Source: Comamonadaceae bacterium (GTDB taxonomy: Bacteria; Pseudomonadota; Gammaproteobacteria; Burkholderiales; Burkholderiaceae_C). Taken from it: a stretch of 64,000 nucleotides of DNA. Below the pieces are notes generated by a model, which was not told the DNA's origin, did no database searches, and was given only the letters and a program-made list of their open reading frames with translations. Within the stretch, counting starts at the first letter, position 1. Each line of letters opens with the position of its first letter. The DNA is taken from contig JAECRA010000003.1 of assembly GCA_015999985.1 (NCBI GenBank), forward strand, positions 45,474-109,473, written 5' to 3'. Position numbers and translations under genes: made by a program. Below, piece by piece: positions 37,639-47,603 of the stretch.

Positions 37639-38652
37639 CTACAGACTGTGCCTGATCACGATCTGGTAGGGCACTCGACGGGTCACCGAGTCGACCCGGC
37701 CGGTCTCTATCTTCTGCAATAGCATCTCGCCGGCAGTGCGTCCGATCTCCGCGCCATTGGTATTGACGGTCGTCAGGCCAGGCGGTACTTCGGCCGCAAT
37801 CTCATAGTCTCCATAGCCAGCGACAGAGAACCGGTCTGGCACGCGCCAACCCCGGCGCATGCAATCGAACAGGGCTCCGGCGGCCACCACATCGCTCACG
37901 CAGCAAAGTCCTTGAAGCTGGGGCTCTTTGGCCAAAAGCGCTTCCATGGCCAGGCGGCCTCCCGCAAAGCCTGCGCTCTCCGGCACCAGAAACACCAGGT
38001 CACTGCGCAGTCCCGCGTCTTCCATAGCCTTCTGAAAGCCAAGCTGACGCTGCAAGTAACGCGCACTTTCGGGTTTGTCATGACCCGCCCAACCAATATG
38101 GCGCAGCCCTTTGCGAACCATCATGGTCGCAATGTCCCGCGCCGCATCAAACAGGGAAAAGCCCACAGCCATGTCCAGTTGGGGTTGGGCGTCGTGCCAG
38201 GTCTCCACCACCGGCACGCCCGAATGGTTGATGAGTTCCAGGCTGCGCTTGCTGTGTTGCTGGCCGCTCGTCAGCACGATGCCAGCAGGCCGGCGCCCCA
38301 GCAAGCTCTGCAAAACTTTCTCCTCGCGTTCGGCGTGATCGGTCTCAGCCAGCAGCAACTCATACCCACGGGTGTGCAGATAGTCACCCAGCCCTTTCAA
38401 GGTATTGGCGTAATTGGAATTGCGCAGCGAAGGCACCAGTGCCGCGATCATGCGGCTATTGCCTGAAGCCAGGCTGCTGGCTATCAGGTTGGGGACGTAC
38501 CCAATGGCTGCTGCGGTCTCCAGGACTTTTTTGCGCGTGCTCTCCTGAACCTTGTGCGGCTGCTTGAAACAGTTCGAGACTGTCATGGGCGAAACGCCCG
38601 CAGCCTCCGCCAGGTCGGCCATGGTGGCTCTCGTACGACGGCCAGACGTCAT
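37639..38652 (-). CDS. LacI-family transcriptional regulator
   Basis: ATMADLAEAAGVSPMTVS..GYVPN..ASSL plus a periplasmic-binding-type effector domain; ATG 38652 with RBS GAGGAG. Confidence 0.93.
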   Translation of the reverse strand: MTSGRRTRATMADLAEAAGVSPMTVSNCFKQPHKVQESTRKKVLETAAAIGYVPNLIASSLASGNSRMIAALVPSLRNSNYANTLKGLGDYLHTRGYELLLAETDHAEREEKVLQSLLGRRPAGIVLTSGQQHSKRSLELINHSGVPVVETWHDAQPQLDMAVGFSLFDAARDIATMMVRKGLRHIGWAGHDKPESARYLQRQLGFQKAMEDAGLRSDLVFLVPESAGFAGGRLAMEALLAKEPQLQGLCCVSDVVAAGALFDCMRRGWRVPDRFSVAGYGDYEIAAEVPPGLTTVNTNGAEIGRTAGEMLLQKIETGRVDSVTRRVPYQIVIRHSL

Positions 38653-38677
38653 AAAGCACATCTCCTCTTGCCAAGAG

Positions 38678-38697
38678 AAATTGTAGCGCTACAATTT
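38678..38697. promoter_or_regulatory. LacI-type operator (perfect 20-bp palindrome)
   Basis: AAATTGTAGCGCTACAATTT with a central CG, as is typical of LacI operators. Confidence 0.8.
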
Positions 38698-38775
38698 AAC
38701 CCGTTCATGCAGTAGAACCAGCTATGAAACCGCTTGAATAAGCCATACGTACGTGCTCTCCTGTAAAAGTTAATT

Positions 38776-38789
38776 TTATAGCGCTACAA
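38776..38789. promoter_or_regulatory. Second LacI-type operator
   Basis: TTATAGCGCTACAA, one mismatch to the core of the first site, just upstream of the bug gene. Confidence 0.7.
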
Positions 38790-38820
38790 CTTCACCACCG
38801 TATCCACAGGAATTGCCTCC

Positions 38821-39795
38821 ATGAAATCGATCGTTCGCCTCTCCGTGCTGTGCGCGCTTGCTGCTTCGGCGGTCGTGGCCCATAGCCAAACTTATCCCGA
38901 CAAGCTGATCAAGATTGTCGTGCCCTTTCCCACAGGCGGCGATCTGGACCCCATAGGGCGCGCCCTGGGCGACCACTTTCGCACCACCTGGGGCCAGCCC
39001 TACATCGTGGAAAACCGCGCAGGTGCCAGCGCCATGATAGGCACCAGCCATGTGGCCAAGTCCCCCGCGGACGGGCATACCCTGTTGATCTGCTCGCCTG
39101 GTCCCATGACCATCAACCCGTACCTCTATCCCAAGGTACCTTACACCGTGGGCAAAGACATCGTGCCGGTGTCGCTGGTGGGCACCACGCCCATGGTGAT
39201 GGTGGCCAGCAAGCGGATGCCGATCAAGAACTACGCCGAATTCACTTCCTACGCGAGGGCCAACCCTGAGAAGATCTTCTACGCCTCCGCGGGCGCAGGC
39301 AACCTCACGCACCTGGCTGCCGAGCTCTTTCTCAGTCAGGCCGGCTTGACCGCTACCCACACGCCGTTCCGGGGCGGCCAGGCCGCCATCACCGACCTTC
39401 TCGGAGGTCACGTGGATTTCTACTTCAACCCCTTGCCTTCGGCGCGCACTTACGTCACGTCGCAAAGCGATAAGGTGGTACCTCTGGCTGTCACCTCCCT
39501 GGAGCGTTCGCCCTATCTGCCAGACGTTCCCACGTTCAACGAACTCGGCCTGAAAGGCTTTGAAGTCATTTCCTGGTATGGCCTCTGCGCCCCTGGAGGA
39601 ACACCCAAGGATGTCATTGCCAAGCTCAGCTCGGAAACCGCCCGCGCCCTGGCTGGCGCAGATTTGCAAAAGCGCCTGGACACGCTGGGAACGACCCCAC
39701 GCGCCAGCACGCCGGAGCAGTTTTCGGAGCAGATCCGCCGTGAAGGCGCCAAGTGGGCGGCCATCATCAAAGACAAAAACATCAAGGCCGATTGA
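38821..39795 (+). CDS. Bug/TctC substrate-binding protein
   Basis: YPDKLIKIVVPFPTGG, VENRAGAS, HTPFRGG, LPDVPTF.E. Confidence 0.93.
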   Translation: MKSIVRLSVLCALAASAVVAHSQTYPDKLIKIVVPFPTGGDLDPIGRALGDHFRTTWGQPYIVENRAGASAMIGTSHVAKSPADGHTLLICSPGPMTINPYLYPKVPYTVGKDIVPVSLVGTTPMVMVASKRMPIKNYAEFTSYARANPEKIFYASAGAGNLTHLAAELFLSQAGLTATHTPFRGGQAAITDLLGGHVDFYFNPLPSARTYVTSQSDKVVPLAVTSLERSPYLPDVPTFNELGLKGFEVISWYGLCAPGGTPKDVIAKLSSETARALAGADLQKRLDTLGTTPRASTPEQFSEQIRREGAKWAAIIKDKNIKAD

Positions 39796-39804
39796 GGATC
39801 AAGC

Positions 39805-41175
39805 ATGGCGTCCCCTGACATCACCGGAGGCATCCCTGCCATCGATCACCACTCCCACGCGTCCATGGCGCGGTTTCGGACATTGGATCAGATTGACAGG
39901 CAGTTCGGAACCGCCCACCTGGAAGCCAACGTGTCTGCACAGACCTATGCGGCGTTCATCACGGCGCGAAATGCGGGCGACACGGCCACGTTGGAGCTGC
40001 TTGAGCAGCAACACGGCACCGAGACCCTGATGCGCCAGGGGGTGGAATTTCGTTCCACTACTTTCTTCGCTCGTGCGCTGCGAGAAGGCGCGCGGCAGCT
40101 GTACGGCCCTGACAAGAGCTGGAGCGACATGGAAGCCACCGCGCGAGACTGGGGTGCCCGCCATCCGACCTACAGCTACGAACAAGCTGCGCAGGTGGCC
40201 AATACCCCCGTGATACTGACGGACGTGCCGCGCATTGACCACACCGTGTGGGACCGGCAACGTTATCGCCAGGTCATGCGGATCGATCCCTATGTCTACG
40301 CTTTCCACCCAGGGCAGACCGAAGAACTGCGTGGAACGGAGTTTCAGCGATTCCATGGTGGCTTTGCCAACGTGCTGAAGCAGGAGCTGCAGCTCGACGG
40401 AATGACCGAGCCTCCGGCGCGTTTCGACGACTACATCCAGTTCATGGATGCCTCGCTGGATCGGCGAGTACGCGCCGGCGTCATTGGGCTCAAGATTGCC
40501 TCGGCCTACGTGCGGCCCATCAATTTCGAGCCGGCTTCCGCGGAAGCTGCCCGCACGGCTTATGAAGCACTCGCGGCTGGGCGCGCAGTCGACCGCCAGC
40601 CGTTTGAAGACTTTGTCATCCAACGCGCCGCGCAGTACGCGGCGGACCACGGCCTGCCCATGCAGATCCATGTGGGTATGGGCCATCCTGAGCCAGGCAT
40701 GCGCATTTCCAACAGCGCCCCGTTTTTGTTGGAGACCTTCCTGAACATCAAATCGCTCAACCGATTGCGCGTTACCCTTTTGCATGGCGGCTACCCGTTC
40801 TCCAGCCATGTCGCCGCGCTGGTACAGACCTACGGCAATGTGTTCCTGGATTTTTCCTGGATGCCCTATCTGCACCACGCCTACCTGCGCCTGAAGCTGA
40901 GCGAATGGATGGAGATCCTGCCGGCCAACAAGCTGCTGTTCGGCTCGGACGCAGGTGCACCAGAGTTCCATGTGGCTGCCGCCCATTACGCAAGGCAGGC
41001 ACTGAACGATGTGTTGCACGACGGCTGTGAGCGCGGCGTATGGCACGCCCGCCAGGCAGACTGGCTCGCCAGGCGGATTCTTTGGGAAAACTCCGCTGAG
41101 CTTTATGGCATTGATCCGAAAGACGTGACCGGAACGCCTGCAAGCCAGGAAAGAACTGCAGCGCCGGCGCACTGA
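39805..41175 (+). CDS. Amidohydrolase-superfamily metallo-hydrolase (Amidohydro_2 / FluG N-terminal-like)
   Basis: IDHHSH, GLKIASAY, PMQIHVGMG, LLHGGYP, NVFLDFS, KLLFGSD. Confidence 0.87.
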   Translation: MASPDITGGIPAIDHHSHASMARFRTLDQIDRQFGTAHLEANVSAQTYAAFITARNAGDTATLELLEQQHGTETLMRQGVEFRSTTFFARALREGARQLYGPDKSWSDMEATARDWGARHPTYSYEQAAQVANTPVILTDVPRIDHTVWDRQRYRQVMRIDPYVYAFHPGQTEELRGTEFQRFHGGFANVLKQELQLDGMTEPPARFDDYIQFMDASLDRRVRAGVIGLKIASAYVRPINFEPASAEAARTAYEALAAGRAVDRQPFEDFVIQRAAQYAADHGLPMQIHVGMGHPEPGMRISNSAPFLLETFLNIKSLNRLRVTLLHGGYPFSSHVAALVQTYGNVFLDFSWMPYLHHAYLRLKLSEWMEILPANKLLFGSDAGAPEFHVAAAHYARQALNDVLHDGCERGVWHARQADWLARRILWENSAELYGIDPKDVTGTPASQERTAAPAH

Positions 41176-41191
41176 GAAGGTGTGGTTGCGG

Positions 41192-41245
41192 ATGACGTTT
41201 GGCGTGGCATTGGATCTGCCCATGCAATGCCATTCCAAATGTCAT
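41192..41245. other. Long intergenic inverted repeat (21-bp stem)
   Basis: ATGACGTTTGGCGTGGCATTG pairs with CAATGCCATTCCAAATGTCAT: 18 Watson-Crick pairs, 2 G-U pairs, 1 mismatch. Confidence 0.55.
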
Positions 41246-41274
41246 TACCATCGGTGGGTACTCGCGTCACAGAC

Positions 41275-41997
41275 ATGCCCCGTTTCCACGTTTCCACCGA
41301 TCTCGCCAGCGGCTCAGAATTGCTGCTGCCCCCCGGCGCCGCGCGCCACGTTCAGGTGCTTCGCCTGCAGCCGGGCGACACCATCACGCTGTTCGACGGC
41401 CGGGGTGGCGAGTGGGATGCGCAGGTGCTGCGCATGGGCCGCAGTGATGTCCAGGTGGCCGTCGGTGCGCACCATGCCGTGGAGTGCGAAGCCACGCGTC
41501 AGGTGCACCTGATCACAGGCCTCATGGCGAGTGACCGCATGGATTGGTTGGTCGAAAAAGCCACGGAACTGGGTGCCGCCAGTTTCACGCCCGTGCTCGC
41601 TGAGCGCAGCAGCCTGCGCCTTTCCGGGGAGCGCGCTGAGAAAAAACGCGCCCATTGGCAGGCCGTGGCCATCTCGGCGTGCGAACAAAGCGGCCGAAAC
41701 CTGGTGCCTGCCGTAAAGCCCCAAGTGGCTTTCGAGGCGCAGATGAAGTCAGTTCAGACCAGCCCACTCTCCGGGCAGAAATTGATTTTGTCTCTGGCCG
41801 CAGACGCCATACCCTTGCGCGAGGCCTTGCTCGCGGGGCAAGATGCCGTCACGCTGATCTCAGGGCCTGAAGGTGGTCTCAGCCCCAAGGAGGAAGCAGC
41901 AGCTCGCGCAGCCGGGTTCGTGCCCGTCTCGCTTGGAAAGCAAGTTTTGCGCGCCGAAACAGCACCGCTGGCGGCGCTGGCAGTGATGACGATTTGA
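41275..41997 (+). CDS. rsmE: 16S rRNA m3U1498 methyltransferase
   Basis: HVQVLRL..GD...LFDG, DWLVEKATELG, ACEQSGR, GPEGG, LG..VLRAETA. Confidence 0.95.
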   Translation: MPRFHVSTDLASGSELLLPPGAARHVQVLRLQPGDTITLFDGRGGEWDAQVLRMGRSDVQVAVGAHHAVECEATRQVHLITGLMASDRMDWLVEKATELGAASFTPVLAERSSLRLSGERAEKKRAHWQAVAISACEQSGRNLVPAVKPQVAFEAQMKSVQTSPLSGQKLILSLAADAIPLREALLAGQDAVTLISGPEGGLSPKEEAAARAAGFVPVSLGKQVLRAETAPLAALAVMTI

Positions 41998-42005
41998 AAA
42001 GAAGA

Positions 42006-43229
42006 TCAGCCCAAGACGCCTTGCTCGCGCAGCGCAGACAAGGCTTCGGCGGACAGGCCTAGCTGGCCCCCCAGCACGGCATCGGTATCTGCACCCAGGC
42101 GAGGTGGCGCCTTCATCTGCACCGGTGTTTCGGAGAAGCGGAAAGGGCTGCGAACCACCGGCAGCGTACCCAGTACAGGATGCTCGACTTCCGCCCTCAG
42201 CCCTCGGTGGATGACTTGTTCGTGCTCGAACGTTTCCTTGATGGTGTTGACAGGACCGCAGGGAACACCGGCTGCACCCAGCACCTTCGACAGCGCTTGC
42301 CGCTGCAGTGTGCGCGTCACGGCGGCCACTTCCTCATTGAGTTCCGCGGCGTGCTTCACCCTTTCAGCGTTGGTGCCGTAACGCGGGTCAGACAGCCAGT
42401 GCTCGCGGTCCAAAGTCTTGCAGAGCTTGGCCCATTGGCCATCGTTGCCGATCTGGATCAGCAACGGTCCGTCGGCGCAAGGAAATGAATTCGAGGGCGC
42501 GAACAAATGGCTGCCGTTGCCCGCGCGACGGGGCGTTGCACCCGTGCTCAGGTAGTTCTGTGCCATGTAGTTGGTGGCCGTCACGGCCACATCCAGCAGC
42601 GCCACGTCAATATGCTGGCCCTGGCCTGTCTTGTGGCGGTGCAACAGCGCGGCCAGCACGGCGGAGGTGGAAATCATGCCGGTCATCACATCGACCAGGG
42701 GCACCATGGAGCGCATGGGGCCGCCGCCGGGTTGGCCGTCCGGCAGGCCACACGTGCTCATGATGCCGGAGACCGCCTGCAGCACCGGGTCGTAACCCGG
42801 CCATGACGCATAGGGGCCGTCCTGACCGTAGCCGGTAATGGAGCAGTAAACAATACCCGGATTGACGGCACGCACAGACTCGTAGTCCAGCCCATAGCGC
42901 TTGAGATCTCCCACCTTGAAATTCTCAGCCAGCACATCGCATTGCGCGGCCAGATCCAGAATGAGCTTGCGGCCCGCCTCCTTGGTGAAATCCACCGCCA
43001 GCGACCGTTTCCCCCGGTTGACCGCCACATAGGAAGGCGTCTCCCGAGTCGGGTTGCCCTGGGGGTCTTTCAGGAACGGCGGAGATTGACGCATCTCATC
43101 TCCCACGCCGGGGCGCTCGATCTTGTAGACATCGGCACCCATGTCGGCCAGCGCCTGGGTGCACCACGGGCCTGCCAGCACGCGGGTGAGGTCCAGCACC
43201 TTGGTGCCGGCGAGGATCTGATTCTGCAT
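42006..43229 (-). CDS. Family III CoA-transferase (CaiB/BaiF)
   Basis: VLDLTRVLAGPWC..LADMGA.V.KIE.P..GD, NRGKRS, ENFK, SITGYGQDGP, GYD. Confidence 0.94.
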   Translation of the reverse strand: MQNQILAGTKVLDLTRVLAGPWCTQALADMGADVYKIERPGVGDEMRQSPPFLKDPQGNPTRETPSYVAVNRGKRSLAVDFTKEAGRKLILDLAAQCDVLAENFKVGDLKRYGLDYESVRAVNPGIVYCSITGYGQDGPYASWPGYDPVLQAVSGIMSTCGLPDGQPGGGPMRSMVPLVDVMTGMISTSAVLAALLHRHKTGQGQHIDVALLDVAVTATNYMAQNYLSTGATPRRAGNGSHLFAPSNSFPCADGPLLIQIGNDGQWAKLCKTLDREHWLSDPRYGTNAERVKHAAELNEEVAAVTRTLQRQALSKVLGAAGVPCGPVNTIKETFEHEQVIHRGLRAEVEHPVLGTLPVVRSPFRFSETPVQMKAPPRLGADTDAVLGGQLGLSAEALSALREQGVLG

Positions 43230-43341
43230 AGGGGTCGATGTCGCTCGAGTTGGAACTAGACGCACTCTACTGGGAGTCATTCAAAACAAAAAGCTAGTTT
43301 TTCTTGGCGATTCACAAGTATTTCTATATAAACCACCTGCC

Positions 43342-44238
43342 ATGGAAATCAAAATCCGCCAGCTGCGCGCCTTGGATGCCACCGTGCGTCTGGGCAGCTT
43401 TGCCGAGGCCGCGCGCGCACTGCATGTCACGCCCGCCGCCCTCAGTCTGGCCATACGAGAGATGGAAGACATCCTGGGCTTTCGGGTACTGGAGCGCACT
43501 ACGCGGCGCCTGCGCCTGACCGAGCCCGGCCGCGGTTACCTGGTGCATGCACAACGCGTCCTGAGAGAGCTGGACGAAGCCTCACGCTTTGCCAGCAACG
43601 TGCGGGCCAACCATGAGGTAGTGCGCATTGCCACCACGCAGACCATCATCGGCACCTTGCTGACGCATGTGCTGCCCAGCGTGAGCGAACGATTTGAGCG
43701 AGTGCGTCTGCAGCCGGTGGATGTTGCAGCCGCAGGCATCGCCCAGGCTCTGCTGGAAGGCCAGGCTGACATCGCCATTGGCGTCAATCTCTGGAAACAC
43801 GACGCCCTGGAATCTCAGCCCGTTTTCAGCTCGCGTTGGTTCGCCTTCATGAGCCCGCGCCACCCTCTGGCGTCTCGCGAGCAGCTGCGCTGGGTCGATA
43901 TCGCCGACCAAGCGCTCTTCATGACCAAATCGGACAATTACCTGCGCCTTTGCGCGGCGCTTGGCAAGGACGTACCGCTGGCCGATGCGCAGGATGCTTC
44001 GACCGCCATTGCCGGCATAGCCATGGCTTGCTCAGACACAGGGATAGCGGTGTTTCCGGCCTACGTGCGGCCGCTGGCCCAGGCGCTGGGCGCCAAGGGA
44101 CTGCCTTTGTGCGACCCAGAGCTTTTTCATGAGTTGGAAATTTCCATCCGCTCCGGGCCCAAGCCTTCCACGCAAGTGCAGGAAATGCGCGCCCTGGTGA
44201 TAGAGATGATCGCGGCGCGCTGCGGGCATCTCAGGTAG
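43342..44238 (+). CDS. LysR-family transcriptional regulator
   Basis: IRQLRA....GSFAEAARALHVTPAALS..I..ME..LG....ERTTR; divergent from the CoA-transferase. Confidence 0.93.
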   Translation: MEIKIRQLRALDATVRLGSFAEAARALHVTPAALSLAIREMEDILGFRVLERTTRRLRLTEPGRGYLVHAQRVLRELDEASRFASNVRANHEVVRIATTQTIIGTLLTHVLPSVSERFERVRLQPVDVAAAGIAQALLEGQADIAIGVNLWKHDALESQPVFSSRWFAFMSPRHPLASREQLRWVDIADQALFMTKSDNYLRLCAALGKDVPLADAQDASTAIAGIAMACSDTGIAVFPAYVRPLAQALGAKGLPLCDPELFHELEISIRSGPKPSTQVQEMRALVIEMIAARCGHLR

Positions 44239-44285
44239 GCAGAACGCGCCCGAAGCTGCACCACTGGGGCGGCTACACTCCATCC

Positions 44286-45467
44286 ATGAATCGCCACCTG
44301 CTCTTGCTCACCCTTTGCCAGGGGCTGTTTCTGGTCAACAACGTCACCTTCATAGCCATCAACGGGCTGGTCGGGTTTCAACTGGCCCCCTTCGGCTGGA
44401 TGGCCACGCTGCCGGTCATGGGCTATGTCGTCGGCGGCGCAATGGCTGCGCCATTGGTGGCACGTTCCCAAAAGCGCTTTGGCCGCCGCGGCTCTTTTCA
44501 GATCGGCCTGCTGGTGGCATTGCTTTCAGCATTGCTCTGCGCCTGGGCGGTCTATTCGCGCCAGTTCTGGCTGCTGGTGGGCGCCACCGTAGTGGCCGGC
44601 TACTACAACGCCAATGGGCAGCTGTACCGATTCGCAGCCGCTGAAGTGGTGGCTCCCGCCTGGCGCGAGAAGGCGGTATCGCTGGTTCTGGCCGGTGGCC
44701 TGCTGGGTGCGGTGGTAGGTCCCTACCTGGCAAGCTGGACCCGCAACTTGCTGCCCATGCCTTTCGCCGGCGCTTACTTGACTCTCGCCGTGGTCGCCGT
44801 GATCGCCATGGTGGTCATGGCGTTCGTGCAGTTCCCACCTCCGCCAGCGCGGCACGCCTCTGAAGGTACTGGGCGTCCACTGAGCCAAATCATGCGCCAG
44901 CCTGAATTCATGGTCGCCACGATCGCTGCGGCCTTGAGCTACGGGGTGATGAACCTGTTGATGGCAGCCACGCCCCTGGCCATGCAGGTCTGCGGTTTCG
45001 ATTTCGGCGACACCGCTCACGTACTGCAGTGGCACGTGATCGGCATGTTTGCGCCTGGATTCTTCACGGGCCACCTGATCCGCCGCTTTGGCGTGCTCTC
45101 CATCATGGGTGTCGGTGTAGCGCTGAATGTGGCTTGTGTGGCCGTGGCGCTCTCAGGCGTCGAACTTAGGCAGTTTGAGATCGCGCTCTTCCTTTTAGGC
45201 GTAGGATGGAATTTCCTGTTCACAGGGAGCACCACACTGTCGCTGAAAGCCTACAGACCTGAGGAAAAAGACCGCGCACAGGCAGCTATCAACTTTTGCG
45301 TGTTTTCCTTCATGGCCCTCACTTCGTTTGCATCAGGTGCACTGGTCACAACACAAGGCTGGGCTTGGCTGAACCTCGGTTCTCTGCCTGCGTTGCTCGT
45401 CACCGGAGCCGCACTTTTCTGGCTTTCGATGCGTCAGCGGCAGCAACAACAAACCGGCAGAATCTAG
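44286..45467 (+). CDS. MFS transporter
   Basis: About 12 hydrophobic segments; RFGRR, YRFAAAE, QWHVIGMFAPGFFTG, GWNFLF.G. Confidence 0.92.
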   Translation: MNRHLLLLTLCQGLFLVNNVTFIAINGLVGFQLAPFGWMATLPVMGYVVGGAMAAPLVARSQKRFGRRGSFQIGLLVALLSALLCAWAVYSRQFWLLVGATVVAGYYNANGQLYRFAAAEVVAPAWREKAVSLVLAGGLLGAVVGPYLASWTRNLLPMPFAGAYLTLAVVAVIAMVVMAFVQFPPPPARHASEGTGRPLSQIMRQPEFMVATIAAALSYGVMNLLMAATPLAMQVCGFDFGDTAHVLQWHVIGMFAPGFFTGHLIRRFGVLSIMGVGVALNVACVAVALSGVELRQFEIALFLLGVGWNFLFTGSTTLSLKAYRPEEKDRAQAAINFCVFSFMALTSFASGALVTTQGWAWLNLGSLPALLVTGAALFWLSMRQRQQQQTGRI

Positions 45468-45533
45468 TCAGGGCGTCTTCATACCGATTCACCCTTTAGT
45501 TCTTCCAACTTTTTTTCTCACAAGGGGGTCGTT

Positions 45534-46136
45534 ATGGGTCTACTCGATTCGGTTCTTGGTCAGGTGCTGGCAGGTCAGCAAAAACAAGGTGGCGCGCAGG
45601 GCGGCGCGGGCGGTTTGGGCGATCTGCTGGGCGGTATCCTGGGTGGCGCAGGCCAGGGTGCAGGCGGCCAAGGTGGTCTGGGCAATGTGCTGGGCGACCT
45701 TCTCGGCGGCGGCCAGCCTCAATCCCAACAGCAGAGCGCGCCAGGCGGCTTCAATATCAATCCCGCACTGATCGCTGCGCTGCTTCCCATCTTGATGAAC
45801 ATGCTGTCCAACAGCAATTCCGGCAACGGCGGTGGCCTGGGCGGGCTGCTCAACAAATTCACGCAAGCCGGCCATGGTGATGTTGCCAACTCATGGGTTG
45901 GTACGGGCCAAAACATTCCGGTGACAGGCGCACAGGTCAGCGACGCCTTCGGCCAGGGCACCATTGGCGACATTGCGTCCAAACTGGGCGTAGACGGTGG
46001 CACCGCCGCCGGTGGCATTGCGGCCATCTTGCCGGAACTGATTGACCGGCTGACGCCTCAGGGCCAAGCCCCCGCAGGCGGCCTGGGCAGTGCGGACGAC
46101 ATCGTCGGCATGCTGGGTCGCATGCTGCAGAAATAA
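45534..46136 (+). CDS. YidB / DUF937-family protein
   Basis: MGLLDSVLG, Gly-rich linker, GGLGGLLNKF..AG.G....SWVGTG.N.P, LP.LID.LTP.G. Confidence 0.9.
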   Translation: MGLLDSVLGQVLAGQQKQGGAQGGAGGLGDLLGGILGGAGQGAGGQGGLGNVLGDLLGGGQPQSQQQSAPGGFNINPALIAALLPILMNMLSNSNSGNGGGLGGLLNKFTQAGHGDVANSWVGTGQNIPVTGAQVSDAFGQGTIGDIASKLGVDGGTAAGGIAAILPELIDRLTPQGQAPAGGLGSADDIVGMLGRMLQK

Positions 46137-46162
46137 GCACAATAAGGCTTGCACCGCCACAA

Positions 46163-46186
46163 CCCCTGGCTATTCAACGCCAGGGG
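46163..46186. terminator. Stem-loop between convergent genes
   Basis: CCCCTGGC-TATTCAAC-GCCAGGGG. Confidence 0.4.
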
Positions 46187-46271
46187 CAGCTAGAAAACGA
46201 TAGGTCCCCCGTTGGGGCACATTGCCATCGAACATGGTAGCCAGCGGGGCAACAGAACGTGCGCGATGTGC

Positions 46272-47603
46272 TTACAGCTTCGCGACAACTTTTTTAATGA
46301 CAGGCTGTTTACTGGAATAGTGAACTGTATGCTTTGGATTAAAGAAGTTCGTAAAAATTCTCAGCGAATAAGTGTCCCCAGATTCATCGGTAAACTGATA
46401 TTTACCTTTAGGTGCACCAGCTACGTAAATTCCAATATTCTGAAAAGTTTGAAAATAGCATTTTGTGGTAACCACGTGAATAGTTGCGTTCGCGTATTTA
46501 CTCCAATAATGTTCGACCGAAGAACTATCTACATTTTTCGTAAGTAGGTTCTTCAATCCAACTTTGCTCATGTTCCTCACTTGATTCGGATCAAGCCAGT
46601 TTCCATTGCAACCCGTCTCAAACATATGAAGCAAGGCATTGGACGTGAATACATTTGAAGCCTGCTCCGCTTTCTGATAAAACACTTTCGCCAGGGGTGA
46701 ATTGTTTACCGCTGGCGCAGACTTGGTTATGGTTTCCGAGCTCGAAGCTTCGAATTCGCTCTCTGGAACTTGAAGGGCAAGCGCACGAGCATCCTCAGGC
46801 ACTACACTGGCGGCACCTGTTGCGCCACGCAGGTTTCGAATGCTATTACCAATTACGATATTAAGTTGCATGGCGCCATTAGGCTTCTCCACATCCAGAC
46901 TTTCTTCTACCCATTTTTTCAGGTAGTTAACGAGCTCTTCCTCATACTCATCCCTCTTTGTTTCCGAGGAAAATTCATAGTCGTCATCCAGTGGGGCCAA
47001 GTCTAGAAAAGGCGCTCCTTTGGCAATCACAAGAACATCAAAATCATAACTTGCCCCTTTTTGTCCTAGTGCTACCGAAAATTTCCCATCCCTATCGGTC
47101 TGGATAAAAAATGGACTCGGTAGCTCCAGTTCGCCAAATGCTGCCGGCGTACGGGATATGCTAGGCAAGATAAGGAGGGTTCGATGGCTGGCAGGCGCAC
47201 CGCTAGAGTCCACCATGGAGCCATTCAAAAGATTATCTTCGAGCGATTTCGCAGATTGAAGTTGCACAGTCTCAATCTTATCTTCTCTCAGATCGATGGC
47301 GGTTTTTTGCAGAGCGACATACCTGACTGCATCCGGGCCATGATAAAGAACGTCATATACACCTGCGACAACTTCGGCACTGAAATTGCCATCGGCATTA
47401 GTCAGAACTTCAAATTTTTCATCACTGGTGCGGTTTTCAAGCAAAACACGTAGGCCTTCAATGGGCTCCCCCGTGGCGTTGATCACCCGGCCTGTCAGAT
47501 TTCTTTTCTCAACCACACTGAGGTTACCACCCTCTCCACCGCAAGCGGATAAGGCAGCGATCACTGCCAATGTAGGGATCAGTTTAAGAATATTTGACTT
47601 CAT
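46272..47603 (-). CDS. Putative lipoprotein with carboxypeptidase-regulatory-like (prealbumin-fold) repeats
   Basis: Lipobox LSAC; two G.V.D/N..G.P...T..DG.F repeats; unknown C-terminal domain; visibly AT-richer than the flanks. Alternative start at 47615. Confidence 0.75.
   Translation of the reverse strand: MKSNILKLIPTLAVIAALSACGGEGGNLSVVEKRNLTGRVINATGEPIEGLRVLLENRTSDEKFEVLTNADGNFSAEVVAGVYDVLYHGPDAVRYVALQKTAIDLREDKIETVQLQSAKSLEDNLLNGSMVDSSGAPASHRTLLILPSISRTPAAFGELELPSPFFIQTDRDGKFSVALGQKGASYDFDVLVIAKGAPFLDLAPLDDDYEFSSETKRDEYEEELVNYLKKWVEESLDVEKPNGAMQLNIVIGNSIRNLRGATGAASVVPEDARALALQVPESEFEASSSETITKSAPAVNNSPLAKVFYQKAEQASNVFTSNALLHMFETGCNGNWLDPNQVRNMSKVGLKNLLTKNVDSSSVEHYWSKYANATIHVVTTKCYFQTFQNIGIYVAGAPKGKYQFTDESGDTYSLRIFTNFFNPKHTVHYSSKQPVIKKVVAKL

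Noticed and set aside
39799-41238. 479-aa minus-strand ORF
   Set aside because: Fully overlaps the amidohydrolase, which has clear catalytic motifs.
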